This document shows, one piece after another, positions 28,199 to 37,098 of a stretch of 38,470 nt of DNA. The stretch is from Bacillota bacterium (GTDB lineage Bacteria; Bacillota; Clostridia; Oscillospirales; QAMX01): NCBI GenBank assembly GCA_033813635.1, contig JAPXRI010000027.1, positions 1-38,470 of the forward strand. Reading direction: 5' to 3'. Within the stretch, counting starts at the first letter, position 1, and every line of letters begins with the position of its first letter. The position numbers and the translations under genes were made by a program. The notes beneath the pieces were generated by a model. That model saw only the letters and a program-made list of their open reading frames with translations. It made no database searches and was not told the DNA's origin.

Positions 28199-28999
28199 AT
28201 GGAAAAGGATATAAGGCGCGTTAAAAATTTTCTGCTGGATATGGACGGCACGATCTATCTCGGAAGCAGGCTTTTTCCCGGCACGCTGCCCTTATTGGAA
28301 AAGCTGAAAAAAACCGGCCGGAGAGCGCTGTTTCTTACGAACAACTCCTCGATGTCGCCGGCGGACTACGCGGCGAAGCTCTGCCGCATGGGCATTCAGG
28401 CCGAGCCGGGGGATGTGTTCACCTCGGGGGACGCCGCGGCGGCGTATTTGAAAAAGCACCTCCCGGGCGGAAAAAGAGTGTTTCTGCTCGGAACGCCTTC
28501 GCTTGAAAAGCAGATGAGGGACGAAGGCTTTGACATTATTAACGGGAACCCGGAGACCGAGCCGGACCTTGTGCTTCTGGGATTTGATAAGACGCTGACC
28601 TACGAAAAAATCATGCTTGCGTGCCGGCATATCTCCCGCGGCGCGCCGTTTTACGCGACGCATCCAGACCTTGTCTGCCCGGTGGAGGACGGTTTCATTC
28701 CGGACGCCGGGGCGATGATTAAAATGTTCGAGGCCGCGGCGGGCGTTTCGCCCACCGTTATCGGGAAGCCGAGGAAGGCCATGGCCGAGGCCGTGTTCGA
28801 GCGGTGCGGGTTTTTGCCGGAACAGACCGCGATGGTCGGCGACAGGCTTGCAACCGATATCGCGTTCGCCAACCAGTCGGGCATTTACGCGGTGCTCGTC
28901 CTGAGCGGCGAGACAGACCTGGCGGCCTACCGGGCGCAGAACGAGGTATGGGCGGACTTTATATACCCCTCCGTGTCGGAACTCTGCGCCGCGCTGTAA
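28199..28999 (+). CDS. HAD-IIA family phosphatase (NagD/AraL-like)
   Basis: 'LLDMDGTIY' DxD motif, 'FLTNNSS', C-terminal 'MVGDRLATDI'; ATG at 28199. The track's start at 28160 overlaps the preceding gene. Confidence 0.7.
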   Translation: MEKDIRRVKNFLLDMDGTIYLGSRLFPGTLPLLEKLKKTGRRALFLTNNSSMSPADYAAKLCRMGIQAEPGDVFTSGDAAAAYLKKHLPGGKRVFLLGTPSLEKQMRDEGFDIINGNPETEPDLVLLGFDKTLTYEKIMLACRHISRGAPFYATHPDLVCPVEDGFIPDAGAMIKMFEAAAGVSPTVIGKPRKAMAEAVFERCGFLPEQTAMVGDRLATDIAFANQSGIYAVLVLSGETDLAAYRAQNEVWADFIYPSVSELCAAL

Positions 29000-29122
29000 A
29001 AGCGCTGAAACGAAAACCGAGAAAAACGGAGAAATAAAGAGCGCGGATGCGATATCAAAAGAAAACGGAAGATTTACATATACTTTTCCGTAGAATATAT
29101 AACACATTCATAGGAATGTTTA

Positions 29123-29151
29123 TTGCATAAATGTGAATGCTATGCTATCAT
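29123..29151 (+). promoter_or_regulatory. sigma-A promoter (TTGCAT, 17 bp, TATCAT)
   Basis: Read directly, about 35 nt upstream of the GGGAGGTGAG RBS. Confidence 0.5.
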
Positions 29152-29184
29152 ATACCCACAAACAGTATATGGGAGGTGAGTTTC

Positions 29185-29742
29185 ATGATAGCGCCCGGGA
29201 CCGTTATGGACGTGTCGGCGGCGGAAAGCTTAAATCCGCTTGAGGGGATTCCGAAAATCATATGGGAAAAAGGCGGGCTGATGCTCGGACAGCTTAAAAA
29301 GCTGACCGGGCTCGACGCGCCGGCGGTGCAGAATTGGATAAACAGGGGATATGTCGCGCCGCCGAGGAATAAGTATTATTCGAAGGATGCCTGCGCGAGG
29401 ATTCTGATTATCAACGCGCTGCGGGAGAGCCTGAAGCTGGAGCAGATCACCGAGCTGATATCGTACGTCAACGGTTCCCTCGTGGATGCGTCGGACGACC
29501 TGATAGCGGACAGCGACCTCTACGCGCTTTTCTGCGCTATCGTATCCCGGCTTTACGATAATCTGTACATTACGGATACGGAGATCAAAAGAAAAATCGA
29601 TGATCTGACGGAAGAATATCAAAACAGCGGAGCGAGAGAACGGATACGCAAGGTGCTGACGCTGATGTGCGTCTGCTATCAGTCGATTCTGATCAAAAGA
29701 AGGGTGGAAGGGCTCATATCCGAGCTCGACGGCAGAAGATAG
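29185..29742 (+). CDS. DUF1836 family protein
   Basis: 'LKKLTGLDAPAVQNWINRGYVAPP' signature; ATG 5 nt after GGGAGGTGAG. The track's start at 29137 lies upstream of the promoter -10. Confidence 0.55.
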   Translation: MIAPGTVMDVSAAESLNPLEGIPKIIWEKGGLMLGQLKKLTGLDAPAVQNWINRGYVAPPRNKYYSKDACARILIINALRESLKLEQITELISYVNGSLVDASDDLIADSDLYALFCAIVSRLYDNLYITDTEIKRKIDDLTEEYQNSGARERIRKVLTLMCVCYQSILIKRRVEGLISELDGRR

Positions 29743-29811
29743 GCGGTCCGCGGCGAAGCTTAAAGATTAACGTCGCGGCGCAAAAAAGACGACGCCGGGA
29801 AAGGGATTACT

Positions 29812-30522
29812 ATGGTCGATTTTTTTAAATCACTGTCGCTTTTTCAGCAGATTGTTTTTGCAATCGTAGCGCCTGCCACGGTTATTCTGTTTTTGCAGTT
29901 CCTTTTGCTGCTGATCGGGCTCGGGAGCAGCGACGCCGATACGGACGCGGACACCTCCGGCCTTGACGGGGAGGCGGGGACGGACGGCGCGCCGGAATGC
30001 GACGCCGACTGCGACTGCGGCGGAATTGACCACGCGGACGGGCATGATATAGACCAGTCCGACAGCGAGAGCGGGCATGAGCCCTACACAGCGGGGCTGG
30101 GTCTGAAACTCTTTACGCTGCGGGGCATTCTCGCGTTTCTTGCCATCGGAGGCTGGACGGCGTTGCTTGTCAGCCTGGCTGACTCGGTGTTCTGGTCCAT
30201 CGTCGCCGGACTGCTCGCAGGCGCGCTAGCCGATATCGTGTACGGCCTTCTGCTGAGGTCGATGACGAAGCTGAGCGAAAGCGGCAACCTCGACATCCGG
30301 AACGCGATAGGCAAGACAGGAGAGGTCTACATCCCAGTACCGCCCCGCAGAAGCGGCTTCGGCAAGGTGAACATAACGCTTCAGGGGCGGTTCTGCGAGC
30401 TTGACGCCCTGTCGGACAGCGGAGAGACGATTCGCACCGGCAGCAAGGTCTGGGTTACGGGCGTCGAGGGTAATTCTCTAGTAGTCCTGCCGGAGGAGAC
30501 CGGCGCGGACCGTAAAAGTTAG
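29812..30522 (+). CDS. NfeD-like membrane protein (YuaF-like) with an Asp/Cys/His-rich insert
   Basis: N-terminal TM, acidic insert 'SSDADTDADTSGLDGEAGTDGAPECDADCDCGGIDHADGHDIDQSDSESGHE', TM pair, C-terminal OB-fold 'GKTGEVYIPV...GKVNITLQGRFCELDALSDSGETIRTGSKVWV'. Confidence 0.75.
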   Translation: MVDFFKSLSLFQQIVFAIVAPATVILFLQFLLLLIGLGSSDADTDADTSGLDGEAGTDGAPECDADCDCGGIDHADGHDIDQSDSESGHEPYTAGLGLKLFTLRGILAFLAIGGWTALLVSLADSVFWSIVAGLLAGALADIVYGLLLRSMTKLSESGNLDIRNAIGKTGEVYIPVPPRRSGFGKVNITLQGRFCELDALSDSGETIRTGSKVWVTGVEGNSLVVLPEETGADRKS

Positions 30523-30588
30523 TTTTTACAGCAACAGCGGCCTGAAAGACGGTGCTTTAGGGCCGCAAGGAAAGGAAGGTTAATAGAT

Positions 30589-31998
30589 ATGGGACCGTTT
30601 GCAATCGGACTGATTGTTGTTATCGCGGTATTTCTTTTCACGATGTTTTTGCTGATCGTATCCCGTTACCGCAAGTGCCCGTCGGACAAAGTCATGGTGA
30701 TCTACGGCAAGGTGGGAAACAACTCCGACGGCACCAGCCGTTCAGCGAAATGCATCCACGGAGGCGCGGCGTTTGTCTGGCCGATATTTCAGGCGTACCA
30801 ATACCTCGACCTGACGCCGATCTCAATAGGCGTAGACCTGCGCAACGCGCTGTCCCAGCAGAACATCAGGATTGACGTGCCCTCGAGCTTTACGGTGGGC
30901 ATTTCGACGGAGCCCGAGATTATGCAGAACGCCGCGGAGAGGCTGCTCGGGCTGAAGCTGAACGAAATCCAGGAGCTCGCTAAGGATATCATTCTCGGAC
31001 AGCTCCGTCTGGTCATCGCGACGATGGATATCGAGGAAATCAACGCCGACAGGGATAAATTCCTCTCCGCCGTATCGGGCAACGTGGAAACCGAGCTGAA
31101 GAAAATCGGTCTCAGGCTGATCAACGTCAACGTGACGGATATCAACGACGAGTCCGGGTACATAGAGGCGCTGGGCAAGGAAGCCGCCGCCAAGGCTATC
31201 AACGACGCCAAGCGCAGCGTCGCCGAAAAGGACCGCGACGGCGCTATCGGCGAGGCGAACGCGAGGATGGACCAGCGTATCCAGGTAGCGAATGCCAACT
31301 CCCTTGCCATACAGGGCGAGAACAAGGCGCAGGCCGAGATTTCACAGTCCAACGCGTCGCGCAGGGAGATTGAGGCGGACGCGCTCCGGAGAGCGACCGC
31401 GGCCGAGAAAATCGCGGCGGCGAGGGCCTTGAACGAGGCCTACAACGCCGAAAAAGAAGCCGAAATCGCCCGCGCCGAAAAGGAGAAGGCGACGCTGGAG
31501 GCGGACATCCTGGTGCAGTCGGAGATCAACCGCAGAAAGATCGAGATCGAGGCCAACGCCGCCGCCGAACGCGCGAAAATCCAGGCCAAGGGCGAGGCGG
31601 AGGCAATCTTCGCAAAAATGGAAGCCGAGGCGCGGGGTATAGAGGTCCAGCTAAAGCGCCAGGCGGCCGGTCTTGCGGAAATCGTCAGAGCGGCCGGCGG
31701 AAATCCGAACGAGGCCGTAAAGCTGATGATTGCGGACAAAATCGAAGAGCTCATCAGAACGCAGGTCGACGCGGTCAAGAACTTAAAGATCGACAAGGTG
31801 ACCGTCTGGGACGGCGGTTCGAAGGATGGTTCCGCGACGTCGAATTTCGCTTCCTCGCTTATTAAATCGATTCCCCCGCTGAACGACCTTTTCGAGATGG
31901 CCGGTCTGCAGCTACCGGACTACCTGGGCAAAAAAGCGCAGGAGGACGGGACGGAGCTTGCAAAAGCGGCGGAGGACAAAGAAGGCGAAACAAAATAA
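30589..31998 (+). CDS. floT: flotillin-like SPFH protein
   Basis: N-terminal TM, SPFH/band-7 domain, long Ala/Glu-rich coiled-coil repeats 'EAEIARAEKEKATLEADIL...'; directly downstream of the NfeD gene. Confidence 0.85.
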   Translation: MGPFAIGLIVVIAVFLFTMFLLIVSRYRKCPSDKVMVIYGKVGNNSDGTSRSAKCIHGGAAFVWPIFQAYQYLDLTPISIGVDLRNALSQQNIRIDVPSSFTVGISTEPEIMQNAAERLLGLKLNEIQELAKDIILGQLRLVIATMDIEEINADRDKFLSAVSGNVETELKKIGLRLINVNVTDINDESGYIEALGKEAAAKAINDAKRSVAEKDRDGAIGEANARMDQRIQVANANSLAIQGENKAQAEISQSNASRREIEADALRRATAAEKIAAARALNEAYNAEKEAEIARAEKEKATLEADILVQSEINRRKIEIEANAAAERAKIQAKGEAEAIFAKMEAEARGIEVQLKRQAAGLAEIVRAAGGNPNEAVKLMIADKIEELIRTQVDAVKNLKIDKVTVWDGGSKDGSATSNFASSLIKSIPPLNDLFEMAGLQLPDYLGKKAQEDGTELAKAAEDKEGETK

Positions 31999-32040
31999 GC
32001 CAAACGCCCTCGCGGTGTTAGGCTTTAAACACTAAGAGGA

Positions 32041-32084
32041 CTGCCGTAAAACGCACATAACGCATTTACGGCAGCCCTTTTTAA
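32041..32084 (+). terminator. intrinsic terminator after floT
   Basis: CTGCCGTAAA, 14-nt loop, TTTACGGCAG, then CCCTTTTTAAA. Confidence 0.7.
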
Positions 32085-32174
32085 ATGAATTCCTTTCAAC
32101 CCGGCAGCAGGCGCCGGGGTTGAGCGGGGGAGCAAAAAAAGAGCACAGCCCGGTGATGTTTTACAATCTGCTAA

Positions 32175-32203
32175 TTGAAAACTTAAATGAGGTATGATAT
32201 AAT
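32175..32203 (+). promoter_or_regulatory. near-consensus sigma-A promoter (TTGAAA, 17 bp, TGaTATAAT)
   Basis: Read directly; sits ~200 nt upstream of the first gene of the ABC module. Confidence 0.7.
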
Positions 32204-32409
32204 TCGAAACATAAAATATCAATCTAATATTGCCTGCCTGATATCATATTTTTAAGCAGACTCGCGTTGCTTTAAAGCATAACGTTCCCCAAACGGCCCG
32301 GTCGGACCGCATGTGCATGTGCGGTCTTGCGAATTTTCCACTTGAAAACCGCACGGTGCGCCAATCCGGCGCGCCGTAGATAAAAGATTGCCTCGGGAGG
32401 TTAATTGCT
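32204..32409 (+). promoter_or_regulatory. long structured 5' leader of the ABC/MFP operon; candidate riboregulator or attenuator
   Basis: About 200 nt between the -10 and the ATG; hairpin GACCGCA-tgtgcatg-TGCGGTC followed by TTGCGAATTTT, then a GC-rich palindromic CCGGCGCGCCG segment before the GGGAGG RBS. Confidence 0.35.
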
Positions 32410-33477
32410 ATGTCAAACAAAAGGAAGTCAGGGAGTAAAACAGTTCTCACGGCGATAGTTTTAGCTGCATTGTTTCTGCCTGTGTTTGCGCTGGGCGGCT
32501 GCAGCCTCTTTCCGAAAGAGGAAGAGGCGATAAAGCCGGAGCTTATACAGACTGAGAAAGCGGAGTATGTCACCGTTAACCCGGTGCGAACGACTTTGAA
32601 AAACGAAGTCAACGGTGACGGCAGGGTCAAACCGAAGCAACAGTACGACCTGGTGTTCAACAAAATCGTCGGCGAAGGCACTCTCGCCTCGATGAATGCG
32701 GACTACGGCCAGCAGGTCAAAAAAGGCGACATACTCTGCACCCTCGACAACAGCGAGCTCGCCGACGAAATGGACATCCGCGAGATGCAGTATGAAATCG
32801 CCAAAATCGATTACAACGAGGCCTATAAGGCCTATCAGGCGGGCGAGCTCAGCTATCGCAACTGGCTGCAGGCGCAGATCAGTTTCAAAAGCGCCACAAA
32901 GCAGTTCAACGAGTATAAAGAGATGTACGATACGATGATTCTGAGATCACCGATAGACGGCGTGATCACCTTTAAAGCGGCCGTGACGGTCGGGTCAAGC
33001 GTTAAGAAAGGTTCGCTGATGTATTCGGTCTCGGATGTATCGAGTCTCTATGTCCAGTATTCGGGCCAGGGCTATGACAAGATCCCTCTCAACGCTCAGT
33101 GCGAACTGACGGTGACGACCGTTGACGGAAAAGTCGTCAACTGCAAGGGAACGGTTGTGATGACACCGATGGTGGCCGATAAAACCTCTCCGAATTACTC
33201 GCAGTATACGGTGATCATACAGCCGGACTCGAGTTTTCCGTCCGAATCGGTTAAGATTGACTCCGTCGTCACGGTCTACTATCTTATAGAGCAGAAAGAA
33301 GACGCGCTGACGATACCGACCAGCTGCATAAAGCAGGACTCGCTGCGCTCGTATGTGTATGTTCTTCAGGACGGCTACCGGCAGGAGCGCGATGTGGTAA
33401 CCGGTCTGGTGGGTGAAAACGGCTATACGACCGAAATTGTCAGCGGGCTCAGCGAGGAAGATAAGGTCATTAAATAG
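32410..33477 (+). CDS. HlyD/MFP-family periplasmic adaptor (efflux membrane-fusion protein), lipoprotein-like N-terminus
   Basis: Signal-like 'LFLPVFALGGCS'; coiled-coil segment 'IREMQYEIAKIDYNEAYKAYQAGELSYRNWLQAQISF'; β-barrel-like C-terminus. Confidence 0.7.
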   Translation: MSNKRKSGSKTVLTAIVLAALFLPVFALGGCSLFPKEEEAIKPELIQTEKAEYVTVNPVRTTLKNEVNGDGRVKPKQQYDLVFNKIVGEGTLASMNADYGQQVKKGDILCTLDNSELADEMDIREMQYEIAKIDYNEAYKAYQAGELSYRNWLQAQISFKSATKQFNEYKEMYDTMILRSPIDGVITFKAAVTVGSSVKKGSLMYSVSDVSSLYVQYSGQGYDKIPLNAQCELTVTTVDGKVVNCKGTVVMTPMVADKTSPNYSQYTVIIQPDSSFPSESVKIDSVVTVYYLIEQKEDALTIPTSCIKQDSLRSYVYVLQDGYRQERDVVTGLVGENGYTTEIVSGLSEEDKVIK

Positions 33478-33513
33478 CGCCAAAATTGCCGAAAATGTAA
33501 AGGAGCGGAGACA

Positions 33514-36396
33514 ATGTTTGTCACGGTGTTTCGCAGACTTACCGGCAATAAATGGAAGGCGCTTTCGCTGCTTGTCGGTCTGGTCCTTGCGGTCGCGATA
33601 GCTTTTTCGATACCGGTCTACACGAACGGTATTCTGCAGCGCATGCTTTCAAATGAGCTTGAGAATATTTACTTAAAAACCGGGAGATACCCTTCATATA
33701 TTTCCGCCGTTTACAAACTGACCGGAAACGCGAAGGATTCGATCGGCTATCAGCGCGCGATGCAGTCCGGAATAGACGATACGATCAAAAAAATGGGGTT
33801 GAACGCGTCTCTAAGCGGGCTGTTTATCGAGTACAGGCAATTCCAGCTGAAGAGCGAGCAGAGCAACTCTTCAAATCTGAATTTTATATTTAACTACATA
33901 GCCGACTTCGAGAACTACGTCAACATAAAGGTTGGCAGAATGTATAATCCGGACAGGGACGACGGTGTTATCGAGGTCGTAGTGAGACAGAAGTTCCTTA
34001 TCGACCACAACCTGACGCTGAACAGGGTCTACGAACTCAGCAACATCTTTTCCGACGAGGGGCCGATTTCCTTTGAAATCGTCGGCGTCGTCGAGGCTAA
34101 GGACGCGAACGAACTTTTCTGGTTCAAGGAGTTTGAGGATTTCGAGGGAATGGCGTTCTGTGCCAACCAGTATTTCGAACAGCGTATAATGAACGAACCG
34201 AGTTTTTCGAGGCATGTCGGGAGAATCGGCGCGTTTTCGGTTATCGACTTCGAAGATATCAAGGTGCACAATGTGCCGATGATCGTGAAGGCCTACGAGA
34301 ACGGGAAGGCTCAGCTGGCAAATTACCCCGGCGTCGCCCTCGGGTTTGAAGCCGCGGACACGCTGAGCTCGTTTGTCAAGGCTTCCGACACCGTTTTCGC
34401 CAGCATGCTGATAGTCATCATCCCGATATTTGTTCTCCTGGTATTTTTCATCATCATGGTCTCATGGCTGAAGGTGGAAAGCGAGCAAAACGAAATATCC
34501 GTGATGCAGAGCAGGGGCGCATCAAGGCTGCAGATATTGAAGCTCTATTTCCTTGAGAGCGTTATGCTCTCGCTTGCGGCTCTGGTTCTCGGCGTGCCCC
34601 TAGGGCTGTTTTTCTGCCGCGTAATCGGCGCTTCCAACGGCTTCCTCCAGTTTGTGGACAGGGCGCCCCTTGAGATAAACATAAGGCCGATTGCGGTCTA
34701 TGTCACTCTTGCGACGGCGGTTTTTTTTATGCTGGTTGTGATGATTCCGGCGTTTGCGGGGGCAGGGGTCAATATCGTAGAGAGTAAACGGAAAAAGACG
34801 CTGCGCCATACGCCTTTCTACCACCGATTCTTCCTTGATTTTCTGCTTCTCGGCGCCGGCATCTACGGATATCTGGCGGTGAAAAAGAAGCTCGACTACT
34901 ATACCGAGACGCGCACGAATTTTACGATAACCACGGGCGACAGCGATTTTCTGATGTACATATCCGTCGTCCTGTTCGCTCTGGGCGCGGGGATGCTGTT
35001 TTTACGCATTTACCCGGTCATCGTCCAGCTGATCTTTAAGCTGGGCAAAAAAATCTGGCCGTCGTGGATGTACTTCAGTCTGAACAGGACGGGGCAGAAC
35101 CGTGACTGCTCAAGCATTATGCTGTTTTTGATTCTGACGGTATCGATAGGCATTTTCAACGCGGACTCCGCGCGGTCCATCAACTACCATGCCGAGACAA
35201 ACACGAAGGTTCTGGTGGGCGCGGATGCCGTCTACACGCCGAAGTGGAAGCTGTACAACGCCAATACCGGCGAGTTCATACAGGGGTCGGTGGAGCCCGG
35301 TCAGGTTACGCTGGCAATCTACGACGAGGGGATAAAGATACAGGAGATCCCGATTATGTTCAAGGAGATGTACCCCGAGTCGTTCTACCGGTTTGACGAG
35401 ATCGAAAACATCGCCAGGGTATATACCGACGAGGAAGCGAGCGTCAGGTATATCTCCGGCGAGCGTACCAATTCGCGGCTTATCACCGATGTCAACCTGA
35501 TGTGCACGGACCCTTATGATTTCGCGATGACTGCTTACAGCAGCAGTTATATGAACTATTACCATATCAACGAGTACGCCAACGCGCTGATACAGGTGGA
35601 CAACGGCGCTGTTCTGTCAAACGCGCTGATGGAAAAGCTCGGCGCCGTCCAGGGAGACAGGATCAGAATCAGCTGCAACGGCGGGCAGTTTGAGTGCACG
35701 GTCATCGGCGGCGTCGATAATTGGCCCGGAATCGAATCCTATTATGAGAACACGGACGGGGTTCTCAAGCAGAAATATTTCGTTATCGCTAAGCTTTCGA
35801 CTATGTTTGCCGAAAACAGGATTGTACCGTACAGCTTCTGGATAAAGAAAGCCGAGGGCGTAACGGACAGGGAACTGTACGACGCGCTGAAAGCGAGCGA
35901 TTACGGCCTGACGCAGTTTGAAAGCGCCACAACGGCTCTGATTGAGGCCAAAAATCAGCCGGTGCTCCAGGGGACCAACGGGCTGCTCTCCGTGTCCTTT
36001 ATCACGTCGGTCGTCATCTGCGCGCTCGGATTTCTGACGTACTGGATCATATCTATTAAAAACAGGACGCTTCAGTTCGGAATATCCAGGGCCCTCGGCG
36101 TCACCAAGGTCGGAATCATGCTGATGCTGATTTCCGAGCAGGTGCTGATTTCGGGCATGGCGTTCGGAGTCGGCATCGTAATCGGAAAAATCGGCAGCAC
36201 CATGTTTGTTCCGCTGCTGGGTCTCAACTATATCACGCCTACCGACGTCGTGCCGTTTATCGTAATGGCGCTGCGATCCGATTTTTACCGGATACTGATC
36301 ACCATGTGCGGAATGCTCCTGATCTGCTTTAGCATATTGTCCGGCATGGTGATAAGGCAGAAAATCGACCGCGCTATCAAGCTCGGCGAGGATTAA
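33514..36396 (+). CDS. ABC transporter permease with two fused FtsX/MacB-like modules (960 aa)
   Basis: TM1, ~250-aa extracytoplasmic domain, 3 TM; then TM5, second ~300-aa extracytoplasmic domain, 3 C-terminal TM: two MacB/FtsX-type 4-TM units in one polypeptide. Confidence 0.75.
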   Translation: MFVTVFRRLTGNKWKALSLLVGLVLAVAIAFSIPVYTNGILQRMLSNELENIYLKTGRYPSYISAVYKLTGNAKDSIGYQRAMQSGIDDTIKKMGLNASLSGLFIEYRQFQLKSEQSNSSNLNFIFNYIADFENYVNIKVGRMYNPDRDDGVIEVVVRQKFLIDHNLTLNRVYELSNIFSDEGPISFEIVGVVEAKDANELFWFKEFEDFEGMAFCANQYFEQRIMNEPSFSRHVGRIGAFSVIDFEDIKVHNVPMIVKAYENGKAQLANYPGVALGFEAADTLSSFVKASDTVFASMLIVIIPIFVLLVFFIIMVSWLKVESEQNEISVMQSRGASRLQILKLYFLESVMLSLAALVLGVPLGLFFCRVIGASNGFLQFVDRAPLEINIRPIAVYVTLATAVFFMLVVMIPAFAGAGVNIVESKRKKTLRHTPFYHRFFLDFLLLGAGIYGYLAVKKKLDYYTETRTNFTITTGDSDFLMYISVVLFALGAGMLFLRIYPVIVQLIFKLGKKIWPSWMYFSLNRTGQNRDCSSIMLFLILTVSIGIFNADSARSINYHAETNTKVLVGADAVYTPKWKLYNANTGEFIQGSVEPGQVTLAIYDEGIKIQEIPIMFKEMYPESFYRFDEIENIARVYTDEEASVRYISGERTNSRLITDVNLMCTDPYDFAMTAYSSSYMNYYHINEYANALIQVDNGAVLSNALMEKLGAVQGDRIRISCNGGQFECTVIGGVDNWPGIESYYENTDGVLKQKYFVIAKLSTMFAENRIVPYSFWIKKAEGVTDRELYDALKASDYGLTQFESATTALIEAKNQPVLQGTNGLLSVSFITSVVICALGFLTYWIISIKNRTLQFGISRALGVTKVGIMLMLISEQVLISGMAFGVGIVIGKIGSTMFVPLLGLNYITPTDVVPFIVMALRSDFYRILITMCGMLLICFSILSGMVIRQKIDRAIKLGED

Positions 36397-36399
36397 AGG

Positions 36400-37098
36400 A
36401 TGGAGATAAATATGGAGAGCCTGATAATGAGAACGGAAAACGTCACAAGGCGCTTTAAATCCGGCTCCGAGATTATTTACGCGCTGAAAGACGTCACCGT
36501 GTCGATTCCAAGAAATAAACTGACTATTTTCCGCGGCCGTTCCGGGTCGGGAAAGACGACGCTTCTGAACATGCTGAGCGGGCTTGACAAACCGAGCGAG
36601 GGTAAGGTTTTTTTGGGTGATACCGATATAACAAGTCTGCCGGATAAGGAAATGGATAAAATCAGGGCAAAGAAAATCGGTTTTGTCTTTCAGTCGATCG
36701 CGCTGATGCCGGATATGAACGCGCTGGAAAACGTCGAATACGGCCTGCGCATCTCCGGGAAGCTTAGGAAGAAAACGGATATGAGCGCGATGCAGTGTCT
36801 GGAGATGGTCGGACTGGGAAAACGGGCGAAACACCTGGCCGCCGAGCTCTCGGGCGGCGAACAGCAGCGCGTCGCCATCGCGAGGAGCTTTGCGCACGGC
36901 CCGGAAATCATATTCGCCGACGAGCCCACGGCCGAGCTCGACACGGCGATGGGAATTCAGGTCGTCGATATTTTCAAACGCCTGATCAGCGAACACGGGA
37001 TCACCGTGGTGATGACGACCCACGACCCGCATATGCTTGAGCTCGCCGACTGCGTCTATACGCTTTCAGATGGGGTGATTGTGGATGGCAATGATTGA
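36400..37098 (+). CDS. ABC transporter ATP-binding protein (MacB/LolD-type NBD)
   Basis: 'GRSGSGKTTLL', 'LSGGEQQRVAIARS', 'IIFADEPTAELD', 'TTHD'; starts 4 nt after the permease stop. Confidence 0.85.
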   Translation: MEINMESLIMRTENVTRRFKSGSEIIYALKDVTVSIPRNKLTIFRGRSGSGKTTLLNMLSGLDKPSEGKVFLGDTDITSLPDKEMDKIRAKKIGFVFQSIALMPDMNALENVEYGLRISGKLRKKTDMSAMQCLEMVGLGKRAKHLAAELSGGEQQRVAIARSFAHGPEIIFADEPTAELDTAMGIQVVDIFKRLISEHGITVVMTTHDPHMLELADCVYTLSDGVIVDGND

